Assembly: GCA_018304425.1 (NCBI GenBank)
Contig: JAGVWE010000003.1
Coordinates: 32,001-96,000 of the forward strand
Origin: Candidatus Iainarchaeum sp.
GTDB lineage: Archaea > Iainarchaeota > Iainarchaeia > Iainarchaeales > UBA10219
Direction of reading: 5' to 3'
DNA length: 64,000 nucleotides
The notes under the pieces are model-generated. The model was not told the origin of the DNA. It was given only the letters and a program-made list of their open reading frames with translations, and searched no databases. Below are positions 54,692 through 64,000 of the stretch, one piece after another. Numbering within the stretch: the stretch's first letter is position 1; the number at the start of each line of letters is the position of its first letter. The position numbers and the translations under genes are program-made.

Positions 54692-56050
54692 ATGAAGACC
54701 CCTGAAAAACCGCCGAGCTGGCCTAGTGAATTACGTACTTTCGTGAAAACAAACGATTTGCCAAAAATGCTTCAGGACAGCGAATTGTCCGGCATAATCA
54801 AGGAGAGCCAGAGAAAATATCTGTATTGGGAGGAACTCAGGCACCGCTACCCTAACCCGTCTCATCCCCACAAGTCCATCTGGGCGATTATCAAGCTTTT
54901 CAGGGTACAGCAATACAAGTCCATTGTGATAGGGGGTCGAGTTTTCAATTACTTTCTCACAGAGTCAGCACAAGAAAAACTTCGTTACGCTGATTCGCAT
55001 GCCGGACAAATAATTGGTTCGGAATCTCCCCGCGATAAGTTTCAGGGCGGGGAAAGGAAGCGCTACCTGATTAATTCCCTGATGGAGGAAGCCATTGCTT
55101 CAAGCCAATTGGAGGGGGCAATGACTACTCGCAAGGTCGCCAAAGAAATGCTTAGAACAAAACGCGAGCCAAGAAGCAAAAACGAGTTAATGATTTACAA
55201 CAACTACCAAACAATTAAATACATTAAAGACCTTTTTGAGACCTCAAACGCAGGGGACAGCAAACTAACGTCTTCCTTGATTTTATCATTGCATAAGCTC
55301 ATAACTAAAGGCACGCTTAAGAACCCGCGAGCCGAAGGAAAGTTCAGGGGCACGGATGACATAATAGTCCGAGATGATGCCAACGAAGTAGAATACGTTC
55401 CCCCACCACATAATCAAGTCCCCACCCTAGTCAACGACTTATGCGATTTTGTGAATGCTCCAGCCCTCCCGTTCATTCACCCGCTAATTAAGGCCATAAT
55501 ACTCCACTTTCTGGTTGGATATATTCATCCATTTGAGGACGGCAACGGCAGGGCTGCGAGAGCCTTATTTTACTGGTTTTGCTTAAAGTCCGGTTACTGG
55601 CCCTTTGAGTTCATGCCCATTTCAAGGATAATAAAGAAAGCACCGGCAAAGTACGCGAGAGCATTTCTTTTCACGGAATACGATGACTTGGACATGAATT
55701 ACTTCATTGAATTCAATTTAGACGCGATAAAGCAGGCAATCGTTGAACTTGGCGCTTACCTGAAGAAAAAACAAAAAGAAAAAAACGAGGCGCTACAGTT
55801 AATGACTAAATTGGCCAAGGACCTTAATCTACGCCAATCCCTTATATTGAAGGACTTAGTGGAAGAACCTGAAAAAGCTCTCTCAATAAAAGAAACAAGT
55901 GCGAAATACAATGTAACCTATCAAACAGCGAGAACGGATTTATTGGAACTCTCAAAAAAAGGCTATCTTGGCCTACACAAGAAACGAAAGCAGTTCGTGT
56001 TTTATAAATCAGACAAATTCGACGAAAAAATAAGAACGGACAAAAACTGA
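54692..56050 (+). CDS. Fic-domain protein with C-terminal wHTH
   Basis: HPFEDGNGRAAR, inhibitory motif SSQLEG, VTYQTARTDLLEL. Visibly AT-rich relative to its flanks. Confidence 0.93.
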   Translation: MKTPEKPPSWPSELRTFVKTNDLPKMLQDSELSGIIKESQRKYLYWEELRHRYPNPSHPHKSIWAIIKLFRVQQYKSIVIGGRVFNYFLTESAQEKLRYADSHAGQIIGSESPRDKFQGGERKRYLINSLMEEAIASSQLEGAMTTRKVAKEMLRTKREPRSKNELMIYNNYQTIKYIKDLFETSNAGDSKLTSSLILSLHKLITKGTLKNPRAEGKFRGTDDIIVRDDANEVEYVPPPHNQVPTLVNDLCDFVNAPALPFIHPLIKAIILHFLVGYIHPFEDGNGRAARALFYWFCLKSGYWPFEFMPISRIIKKAPAKYARAFLFTEYDDLDMNYFIEFNLDAIKQAIVELGAYLKKKQKEKNEALQLMTKLAKDLNLRQSLILKDLVEEPEKALSIKETSAKYNVTYQTARTDLLELSKKGYLGLHKKRKQFVFYKSDKFDEKIRTDKN

Positions 56051-56064
56051 AACGCCCAAGGCGT

Positions 56065-56754
56065 TCAAGGCTTTTTAAGGGGGTGCAGGTGGGCCGCGAG
56101 GAACGGGCTTTCCAGGAAGAGCGCGCGCTCCTTGCGGGGGTCTTCCAGGGGCGGGTGCAAGAACAAGAGCACGCGTTTTTGGTCGAAAACCGCATATCTC
56201 CCGGTCGGGCTTGCCTTATAATGGACTTTAACGCCTTTCCTGGCCAACTTATCGTTTTTTGCAGACAAGACCCCTTGTTTTCGCTTGATTCCCTCCCGGT
56301 CCGAGCAAATTACCACGCTTTCCCTGCAATTATCCGTTTCCTCGGCGATACGGTTGTAGATGGTGTGCCGGCCGGTGAGGATGACTGCGTCCTCGGCAAC
56401 GCCTTGGCGTTCCTCTTTGGCGCCCTCGAGGAGGCTGGACAAGGAGAACGCAATGGTCTTCAATTCCTGCAAGTCCTTGTGGTGGCGCTCCGTTTTGTCC
56501 AGGGCCAGGTTCTTGTACACGGTTTCCAGGCGAAGGGCCTTGAACTCCACGGGCTTGCTGGGCCTCCGCACCACGAAGCCCTTGGCCTCCAGGGAGGAAA
56601 GCACGTCATAGATGCGCGCCCGGGGAATGCCCGCGTCCTTCGACAACACCGCCGGCGTAGCGGACCCGAACCGCGAGAGCGCGGAATAGGTCTTGGACTC
56701 GTACTCGTTCAAGCCCAACCGCTTCAAGGAATCCAGGAGCTCGTGTCTAGGCAT
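56065..56754 (-). CDS. TrmB-family transcriptional regulator
   Basis: LGLNEYESKTY...GIPRARIYDVLSSLEAKGFV. Confidence 0.9.
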   Translation of the reverse strand: MPRHELLDSLKRLGLNEYESKTYSALSRFGSATPAVLSKDAGIPRARIYDVLSSLEAKGFVVRRPSKPVEFKALRLETVYKNLALDKTERHHKDLQELKTIAFSLSSLLEGAKEERQGVAEDAVILTGRHTIYNRIAEETDNCRESVVICSDREGIKRKQGVLSAKNDKLARKGVKVHYKASPTGRYAVFDQKRVLLFLHPPLEDPRKERALFLESPFLAAHLHPLKKP

Positions 56755-56857
56755 TCACCATCGACTAGTAGTAAGTCGTTACTAGAATAAATAGGTTGCG
56801 CGCCCGGGCAAGCCGTGGTTGCCACGGTTTTTAAACCCCTGCCCAGTCATTACCGCT

Positions 56858-57475
56858 ATGTGGGGGCCCGTTCGCAACCTGTTTTACTTTTTCTTCGACC
56901 TGCTCTCCAACCCGGCCAAGTGGTCGGTGTACCAATTCCTCCACCACCCCCTGCCGCCCTACCAGGTCAACGTGGGCTGCAACAAGAACCTGGTGAGCGG
57001 CTGGATCAACGTGGACCGGGGCGGCAACGCCCGCCGCGCGCTGCGCATCGACATCCTGGGCGGCCTGCCCTTTGAGAATAACTCGGTCCGGTTCATGGCC
57101 AGCAGCCACTTCCTCGAGCATTTGACGCGGGCGGAAGCCAGGCAATGGTTCCGGGAAATCCAGCGCGTCCTCCAACCAGGGGGCGTTGCCCGCTTCGCCT
57201 TCCCCGAACTCGGCTACTTCGTGCGGCAATACGCGGCAGGCCGGATGCAGGCCTTCCTCAACGACCCCGACACCAATGGAGACAAGTTCAACCACTTGTT
57301 CTACGACTACGAGCACCGCTATATCTACGACGAGGAAACCCTTCGAAAGGACCTCACGACAGCCGGTTTCAGGGAAGTCCGCTCCGCGTCATGGAACCAA
57401 AGCCAGTGCAAGGAATTGCAGGGCCTCGAAGGGGACAACCCCTACAAGGTTCCCTGCTACGAGGCCGTCAAGTGA
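56858..57475 (+). CDS. Class I SAM-dependent methyltransferase
   Basis: VNVGC..GWINVD, LPF, SHFLEHL and RVLQPGG motifs. Confidence 0.88.
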   Translation: MWGPVRNLFYFFFDLLSNPAKWSVYQFLHHPLPPYQVNVGCNKNLVSGWINVDRGGNARRALRIDILGGLPFENNSVRFMASSHFLEHLTRAEARQWFREIQRVLQPGGVARFAFPELGYFVRQYAAGRMQAFLNDPDTNGDKFNHLFYDYEHRYIYDEETLRKDLTTAGFREVRSASWNQSQCKELQGLEGDNPYKVPCYEAVK

Positions 57476-57503
57476 ACCCCGGCCGTCAAATGAGCCCGTT
57501 GCT

Positions 57504-58127
57504 TCACATCGTGGCCAGGAAGGCGGCCAAGCCGTTCGTCACCAGTTGCACGGCGAGCGCGGCCAGGAGCAGGCCCATGACGCGGGCAAAGGCCTTCAAC
57601 GCCAGGTGGGGCACGCGTTCCTGGAGGGCCGCTCCCCGGGAGAGGATGAGGTAAGCCAGGACAAAGGCCAGCACCGTGGCGCCGAGGAATTCAAGGGCCA
57701 GTTGAGGGGAACCGGCTTGGTTGGCCAGGACAACCCCGGTTGTGATGGCGCCTGGCCCGACAATCAGGGGCATGGCGAGGGGGAAGGCGGCGATGTCCTC
57801 CATTTGAAGGGCTTTTTCCCGCTCGTTTTCGCTGAACTCGGTCTGGGTCTTCAAGCCGAACAGCATCTCCAAGGCGATGACGAACAAGAGGATGCCTCCC
57901 GCGATTTCAAAGGAATACATCTTGATGTGCAGGTAGTCGAAGACCAGGTTGCCGAAGAACGAGGCCAGGACGAAGACCGTGAACGCGATGAGCACGGCCT
58001 TGCGCACGATGTCCGTGCATTCCCCGCCATTGCACTTGTTGAGGAGGGCCACGAAGATGGGCACGTTCGCGAACGAGTCTAGGATGATGAAGATGGAGAC
58101 GAAGGCCAGCAGGAGGAACTCGAACAT
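57504..58127 (-). CDS. MarC-family membrane protein
   Basis: ANVPIF, FEIAGGILLF, FPLAMPLIVGPGAI and RVMGLLLAALAVQ motifs. Confidence 0.95.
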   Translation of the reverse strand: MFEFLLLAFVSIFIILDSFANVPIFVALLNKCNGGECTDIVRKAVLIAFTVFVLASFFGNLVFDYLHIKMYSFEIAGGILLFVIALEMLFGLKTQTEFSENEREKALQMEDIAAFPLAMPLIVGPGAITTGVVLANQAGSPQLALEFLGATVLAFVLAYLILSRGAALQERVPHLALKAFARVMGLLLAALAVQLVTNGLAAFLATM

Positions 58128-58182
58128 GCTTCAACTAACAGGGAGTATGGAATATTAATACGTATCGGAATCAGTTTAGTGG

Positions 58183-58880
58183 ATGCAGGGAATCCACCCA
58201 CGGATATGGTTTTGGCGCCTGGAGGGGAAAGTCAAGCACCTACTTTTGCCGAGCCGGTTCAAAGAGCTATACAAGAAGTCAAGGCCATTGATGACTATTC
58301 TGGAGGCCAAACAACTGTACGACCTCGCGAAAAAGAATGCCCGCCAAGGCATCCTCGTCGAAATCGGGAGCGCCTGGGGCGGAAGCGCGTGCCTCCTCTC
58401 CCAAGCCTCGAAGGAAGCCAGCAGAAATAAAGTGTACTGCGTCGACTCCTGGTCCAGCCCGGAAAAAAGCATTGAAACCCTCTGGAACAAGGAATCGTTG
58501 GGGGTGGGGGGGGGGGCAAACCACTCACAAGCGACTCCTTCTACGGCAAGTTCCTTGCCAACACCCGCGAAAACGGCGTGCCCGGACTGATTGAACCCAT
58601 CCGCGGGAAGTCGGTGGAGGTCGCAAGACATTGGGACAAACCCATCCAGTTGCTTTTCATTGACGGAGCACACGAATACGAGGACACCAAAGCCGACTTC
58701 ACGGCCTGGGAACCCTTCCTCGCCAAAGGAGGCACCATCGCGTTCCACGACTATGAGCTCTCGCCGTGCCCGGTGTACGGCGTCACGCAGGCGGTCAATG
58801 AACTGATTGCGCCGTCAAAAAGGTTTTCAAAACTCGAAAGAATAAATTCCCTGGTTTGGGCGACGAAAATAGCGGAGTAA
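58183..58880 (+). pseudogene. Methyltransf_24-like SAM methyltransferase frameshifted at a poly-G tract
   Basis: Frame 1 has VEIGSAWGGS and YCVDSW. After G11 (58506-58516) another frame gives FYGKFLANTRENGV..IRGKS..LFIDGAHEYE..GGTIAFHD. Confidence 0.8.
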
Positions 58881-58906
58881 GCCCGGAAAGAGGGCCGGAA
58901 AACTCA

Positions 58907-60826
58907 CTAATCCTTTTCCCAGAACGTCTTAATATACTTTTCCGGTTCCTCTGTGACGATCGGGGCAAAGCCCTTGGGGAAGCAGTTGCGGTAATTGTCC
59001 CAGGTGTAACGCTTGTCCAGGAACACGACAATGCCCTCGTCCGTGGGGCTGCGGATGACCCTCCCAGAGGCCTGGATGGCCTTGGTGATGGCGGGATACA
59101 GGTAACCGTAATGCCAGCCGCGCGCGAATTTCTCGTCAAAGTAGTCGATGAGGCACTGGACTTCCAGGCTCATTTCCGCCAGGGGGATGCCGACGATGAC
59201 CGCGCCCAGCAGCTGGTTGCCGGGGAAGTCCAGGCCTTCCGCGACGCTGCCCCCTGCCACGGCCAGCAGCACGGCGCCGAAGGCCGAGCCCGCGTTCCGG
59301 AACCGCGTGAGGAGATTCGAGAGCTCGCTCGAAGTCATCCGGCCGTTTTGGCGGATGATTTCCCGCGAAACCAGGGGGGCAAGGAAAGGATAAACACTGT
59401 CAAGGACCTGGTAGCTGGGAAAGAATGCCACGGAGTTGCCGGGAACCACGTTCACGACCTTCGCGATTTCCTTCGCGATTTTCTGGTATTCCTCGAAGTT
59501 GCGACTCGTGTACTTGGTGGAAACGGTTGGAACGACCAGGTGCAGGCGGTTTTCGAGCGGGAAGGGGGACTTGTATTCCTTCATCACGGTGCGCTCGCGT
59601 GGCAGGCCGAGGGTATCCGCGTACATCTCCAGTGGAAGGAGGGTGCCTGACATCAGCACCGCTGAATGGACCTGGTCGAAAATGCCCCGCGAAACCAGGG
59701 CCGGGTCAAGGGCCTTCATCGAGAGCGAGTAGTCCTCGCCGTTGTTCATGCGCTTGACGATGCGCACATGCCCTTCCAGGTTCCCAGGCCATCGCTCGAC
59801 GAAGTTCGCGAGTTGCACGAGGTAACTCGAGGACTTGTTGGTTGCTTCCATGTACTCCACTCCCTGTTCCCTGAGCTCCGTGGCCAAGGCCTCGAAGTCA
59901 TCGATTTCCCCCTTGAGGGGGTCGAGCAACTTGTCCTTGGACACCAATGCCTCGTGACGCTCCAAGGAGAGAGAGGCCCTGGCAATGGCTTTTACGGCCT
60001 TCTCCAGGGCTTTCAGCTTTTCCCGCAGGCCCTCCTGGTTGAGCTTGAAGAGCTCTTCTTCGGCCTTCCGGAGGGCGAAGGTAGTGAGGGAACAGCTCAT
60101 CAGCTTGCGCACGCGCTCGGGCAGGTTGTGGGCCTCGTCCACGATGACGATGGCGTCCTCCAGTTTCTTGGCGAGCTTCTTGAGCATGACCTCGCCGATG
60201 GACGGGGCCAGCAAATGGTAGTAATCGGCGATGACGACGTTGCATTCGCGCGCCACTTGCACGCTGAGTTCGTAGGCGCACAGGGGCAGTTCGTCCTTGC
60301 CGAGCCTGAAGTTGACCGCGTAGTCGCGCAGTTGATGATGCGACCACACCACGCCATACTTTGACAGCGTCGCGTCCAGGTAGGCCTTCGCGGAATCGCG
60401 GGCCTTCTTATCGAAGCCGGGAAAGTTCGCGTAGAACGCGCACTGTTCCCTGCGTACACGCTTGCTGCAGACCTCGTAGAAGCCGTCGAACTCGGCCTGG
60501 GAGAGCACGGGGTCGGAGCACATGTACTTCTTGCCCACCAAGTCAACCGCGCGCACGTTGAGCTTGAACTTTTTCGCCAACCCGTTCACGACCTGCACGG
60601 CGATGTCGTGCTGCGAGATTTTGGGCGTCAAAAAAAAGACGGTCTTGTGGTGTTTCAAGGCATAGGAGAGCGCGGGCCCCAGGGCGGCGTCGGTCTTGCC
60701 CATGCCCAGGGGCGCGTGGCAGAGGATGTGCTTGCCCTGCTCGATGGCGTTGCCGATGTCCAGCATCAACGCGTCCTGGTGCGGCCGGGGCTGGTCAAAA
60801 CGGAAATAAATGTCCGAAAGCTCCAT
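58907..60826 (-). CDS. XPD/Rad3 (DinG-family) Fe-S helicase
   Basis: APLGMGKT, four Cys, DEAHN, MSGTL, FFPSY, EGLDF and QASGRVIR motifs. Confidence 0.93.
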   Translation of the reverse strand: MELSDIYFRFDQPRPHQDALMLDIGNAIEQGKHILCHAPLGMGKTDAALGPALSYALKHHKTVFFLTPKISQHDIAVQVVNGLAKKFKLNVRAVDLVGKKYMCSDPVLSQAEFDGFYEVCSKRVRREQCAFYANFPGFDKKARDSAKAYLDATLSKYGVVWSHHQLRDYAVNFRLGKDELPLCAYELSVQVARECNVVIADYYHLLAPSIGEVMLKKLAKKLEDAIVIVDEAHNLPERVRKLMSCSLTTFALRKAEEELFKLNQEGLREKLKALEKAVKAIARASLSLERHEALVSKDKLLDPLKGEIDDFEALATELREQGVEYMEATNKSSSYLVQLANFVERWPGNLEGHVRIVKRMNNGEDYSLSMKALDPALVSRGIFDQVHSAVLMSGTLLPLEMYADTLGLPRERTVMKEYKSPFPLENRLHLVVPTVSTKYTSRNFEEYQKIAKEIAKVVNVVPGNSVAFFPSYQVLDSVYPFLAPLVSREIIRQNGRMTSSELSNLLTRFRNAGSAFGAVLLAVAGGSVAEGLDFPGNQLLGAVIVGIPLAEMSLEVQCLIDYFDEKFARGWHYGYLYPAITKAIQASGRVIRSPTDEGIVVFLDKRYTWDNYRNCFPKGFAPIVTEEPEKYIKTFWEKD

Positions 60827-60885
60827 CCAAGGAATGGGGCTAAAACGGGTTTTTAAAGCCTTGGAGGGTGGATTTCCGGTGCGGC

Positions 60886-63800
60886 TTACACCCGGATGGT
60901 CTTCCCACTTTCATGGTAGCGTTTCAAGGTGTAGGCTGCCAAGAAGGAAACGCCGATTTCGGCGAGGGCCGCGATGACGCCCAGGCCGAGCCTCGAGGAG
61001 AGGCCCAGCCACAGCGGCAGCGCGAAGGCCAGCAGGGCCAGGAAGGCCTGCACGAGTTTCTCGCGCTTCAAGTGCGTCGTCGACTTGGGCCCGGGCGGGA
61101 AGAACGCCCGCGCCTGCGAGTACACGAGGTAGGCGGCGGCCATGGCGCATACCAGCAGCAGGACCACGGCAAAGGGGCCGACCTGCTCGATGGCCTCGAT
61201 GGTGGGTTCCAGGGAACTCGAAATCGAGTTCAAGATCGAGCCGAACAAGTCCAGGGCGCTGAAAGACTTTTCCGCGGAAAGCTGTTCCTTGACGACTTTC
61301 ACGGCGTACACGCCCGGCACCTTCACCGTGAACTCGACCTTGCCCAGCTCGTCCGTGAGCGCCTCCAGCTTTTCGCCGTCCGGGGCCTCCGCGATGACGG
61401 TCGCGGCGCGGATGGTGTTGCCCAACTGGTTCCTGACTTCCACGACCTGCCGCTCGCCGATGGTCAACGACTGCTTCAAGGCAATCAGGAGTTCCTCGGG
61501 CTCCGAGCAGTCCGAGGCCTTGTCCCGGCAGGTGCCGTCCGCGCACTGGACCGTTTCCTCCGGACACTCGCAGTTGCCGGACTCCAGCGAACAACGCGCG
61601 CCGCGCTCGCAGTTGCTGATCAACCCCTCGCAGTCCCCGCACACGCAGGACTCGTCCAGGCCGCACACCCCATCCGCCTCGCAGGAAGCCGGCTGGCCGC
61701 AGAGCATGCTAGGCTTGCAGCTTCCGTCCGTGCACCGGTTGGTTCCGGCCGGGCAAGCCGCGACCGGCGAGCACTTGCCGCGCGCGTCCAGCACCGTTCC
61801 CTTTGGACAGGCACAGGCGCTCAACCGCACATTGCAGGCCACGGTGGAAGCACAGATGCCTTGCTTGCCGTCGCAGTCCCGGCACGAGCAGTCCTCGCTG
61901 GCCTCGCACACGCGGTCGTTGTCGCACAGCCGGGGAGAAGGCGGCTCGCTCACGGCCAGGTCCAAAATGAATTCCCCGAAACCCTGCTCGCCTTCCAAGA
62001 ACACGACCTTCAACCCGTTGGGCAGGCGCTCAATGCCTGCCGCCAGGTTGCTGCCCAACGCCTCGCTGAACTCGAATTTGATGCGTTCCGCGACCTTGAG
62101 CCGGCCCAGGGAAAACGAGAGCTTGTTGGGCGAGGGAAGCAGGTAACCGGGCTTTCCGGGCTTGTCCTTGCCGTAAATCCGCATGGAGGCCGGGGTCTTG
62201 ACCTTCAAGCCGATTTTTTTTGCGGCAAAGTTGGCCTGCGGTTGCTCAACTTCGAAGACCAGGTCGTCCACGGTCTTCAGGTCCTGCGCGGCCTTGAACC
62301 GGAAGTCCAGGGAAAACCTCCCGGAAGCCGAGTCCCGCACCGAGGACTTCAAGCTGTAGAACTGGCCGTTCACGAAGCGGTCCGAGTACTGCACCTGGAC
62401 GTTCTTGTTGCCACCCGAGACCCTGAGCTTCGCGCCCTCCGGCACCGGGACCCCATTGGCTTGGAATTCCACGCTGCCCTGCTGCAAGGGCTTTGAAAAG
62501 TTTTCAAAGGTCAGGTTGATCTTCATGTCCACGGGCCCCGGAACCAGCGAACAATCAGGGCGACAGCTGTTGTCCGCGCAGAGGTTGGTTCCAGGCAAGC
62601 AGCCGCCGGCCTTGCAGGTTCCGTCCGGGGCCAGCACGGTTCCGGTGGGGCAACCGCACAAGCCGGTTCCGGTTGAGCCCACGGTCTCGCCGAAGTAACG
62701 GCAGGCCGAGGCATCCACGCAGCCGTCCTTTTGGCTAGCACAATCCGAACAATTGCAGGCCTCCGTGGTTTCACACGCGCCGTCCCGGTTGCAGGGCAAG
62801 AAATTGCCGGAACCACAGTCCACCTTGCAGGTGTTGTCCAGGCAACGAGTCGTTCCCACCGGACAGCCTCCACCTACCGAACCGCAGTCCACCTTGCAGG
62901 TGTTGTCCGAGCACAGGCTCTGACCAACCGGACACTGCAAGGGGGGACCGCAATAGTCGCGGCAGCTGCCGTCCACACAGGCAGTTTTTCCAACCGGGCA
63001 AATAGGACAATTAACTTGACAAATCGGGGGCCCACAGTCCAGCCGACAGGCGCTGTCCGAGCACAGGGTTTGGCCGACCGGGCAGGGCCCGCAAAACGTG
63101 CGGCAGGTGTTGTCCGCGCAACGCGTTTGCCCTCCTGGGCAAGGCAAGCAGTTGCTTTTACAGGGGCCGGGACCTGGGTCGGGCGTGCACAGCCAACTGC
63201 ACGAGCCATTGGAGCATCTGGTTTTGGGCGGCAGGCAAGGCGGGCCCGAACCGCAGTCGGCTTGGCAAGTATTGTCTTCACAGCGCTGTAAACCATTGGG
63301 GCAGGGCAGGCATTCGACAAAAATCCCGGTGCAGGGTCCGGGCCCGCAATCGGTTTGACAACTATTGTCTCCGCACAACTGCTGGCCCGGTGGGCAGGCA
63401 CCGGTTCCGCAGTCCGGCCGGCAGACATCGTCCGCGCACAAGGCTTGCCCGAGCTGGCAGGGGCCACAGAATTCCCTGCAGGAACCGTCCAGGCATGGAA
63501 TCCTTCCAGGGGGACAGGACGGACAGTTCACCTGGCAGGGACCTGGCCCCCGGCCGCTGCCGCAATCAAAGCGGCAAACGTTGTCCTCGCACACCTTCTT
63601 GGGAGGCAAACAGGGCTCGCCCCCACCCGGCCCACAGTCGACCTGGCAGGAACCATTGGCGCACCGGTTCAGGCCGGGCAGGCAAGGCACGCAGTTGACC
63701 TGGCAGGGACCCGGCCCACAATCCAGCCGGCAGGAGTTGTCATTGCATGTTTGGCTGGGTGGCGTGCAAGCCTGGCCCTGGCATTGGCTGGGAGGCTGGC

Positions 63801-64000
63801 AGGTGCCATCCAGGCAACGCGTCAACCCCTCTGGGCAGGGAAGCGATTGGCAGTAGGGGCTGCAGCTCCCGTCCACGCACAAACCGCTGCCCGGCGGACA
63901 GGACTGGCGCGGGCAACGGCCTGGGGCCGCGCATTGATTGCAGCCCTCGCACAAAACCGTTCCCTGGCTGCACTCGCAGACATTGGCGGCGGGGAGTTCG
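60886..64000 (-). CDS. Large Cys-repeat surface protein with C-terminal TMs (5' end outside the window)
   Basis: The frame stays open to the window edge. Many C-x-(D/N)-(G/N)-(S/T)-C repeats, a beta-sandwich insert and about three C-terminal TM helices. Confidence 0.88.
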   Translation of the reverse strand, partial: ELPAANVCECSQGTVLCEGCNQCAAPGRCPRQSCPPGSGLCVDGSCSPYCQSLPCPEGLTRCLDGTCQPPSQCQGQACTPPSQTCNDNSCRLDCGPGPCQVNCVPCLPGLNRCANGSCQVDCGPGGGEPCLPPKKVCEDNVCRFDCGSGRGPGPCQVNCPSCPPGRIPCLDGSCREFCGPCQLGQALCADDVCRPDCGTGACPPGQQLCGDNSCQTDCGPGPCTGIFVECLPCPNGLQRCEDNTCQADCGSGPPCLPPKTRCSNGSCSWLCTPDPGPGPCKSNCLPCPGGQTRCADNTCRTFCGPCPVGQTLCSDSACRLDCGPPICQVNCPICPVGKTACVDGSCRDYCGPPLQCPVGQSLCSDNTCKVDCGSVGGGCPVGTTRCLDNTCKVDCGSGNFLPCNRDGACETTEACNCSDCASQKDGCVDASACRYFGETVGSTGTGLCGCPTGTVLAPDGTCKAGGCLPGTNLCADNSCRPDCSLVPGPVDMKINLTFENFSKPLQQGSVEFQANGVPVPEGAKLRVSGGNKNVQVQYSDRFVNGQFYSLKSSVRDSASGRFSLDFRFKAAQDLKTVDDLVFEVEQPQANFAAKKIGLKVKTPASMRIYGKDKPGKPGYLLPSPNKLSFSLGRLKVAERIKFEFSEALGSNLAAGIERLPNGLKVVFLEGEQGFGEFILDLAVSEPPSPRLCDNDRVCEASEDCSCRDCDGKQGICASTVACNVRLSACACPKGTVLDARGKCSPVAACPAGTNRCTDGSCKPSMLCGQPASCEADGVCGLDESCVCGDCEGLISNCERGARCSLESGNCECPEETVQCADGTCRDKASDCSEPEELLIALKQSLTIGERQVVEVRNQLGNTIRAATVIAEAPDGEKLEALTDELGKVEFTVKVPGVYAVKVVKEQLSAEKSFSALDLFGSILNSISSSLEPTIEAIEQVGPFAVVLLLVCAMAAAYLVYSQARAFFPPGPKSTTHLKREKLVQAFLALLAFALPLWLGLSSRLGLGVIAALAEIGVSFLAAYTLKRYHESGKTIRV

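Overview
GC-rich archaeal chromosome segment. Archaeal markers include NucS, NadM, two TrmB regulators, Lhr, XPD/Rad3, TTTAAATA TATA boxes about 25 nt before start codons, and GGTGA Shine-Dalgarno sites. The mix of these with bacterial-type biosynthetic genes suggests a DPANN lineage such as Iainarchaeota/Diapherotrites; this is inference, not a search result. Housekeeping content: purF, purS-like, purL, purQ, tldD/pmbA, nadC-nadM-nadB-nadA, a Xaa-Pro peptidase, a two-component pair, enolase, prs, pyrG, tRNA-Pro(CGG), Lhr with a metallophosphoesterase, bacterial-type metK and an ABC-2 exporter. Main items for follow-up: (1) a seven-gene cell-surface locus at 43.3-51.5 kb with three Tyr-rich secreted low-complexity proteins and four Ig-like membrane-anchored proteins that share domains, a pre-TM motif and a duplicated promoter; (2) an ECF sigma-70-like ORF in an archaeon; (3) Arg-rich orphan proteins, two of them tandem paralogs with duplicated leaderless promoters; (4) an ~118-nt structured RNA abutting tRNA-Pro, possibly a divergent 5S rRNA, and a second structured intergenic element at 28.35-28.48 kb; (5) a GNAT-DHH-GNAT fusion; (6) a methyltransferase frameshifted at a G11 tract; (7) a large Cys-repeat surface protein. 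All calls come from reading motifs by eye; no database searches were run.
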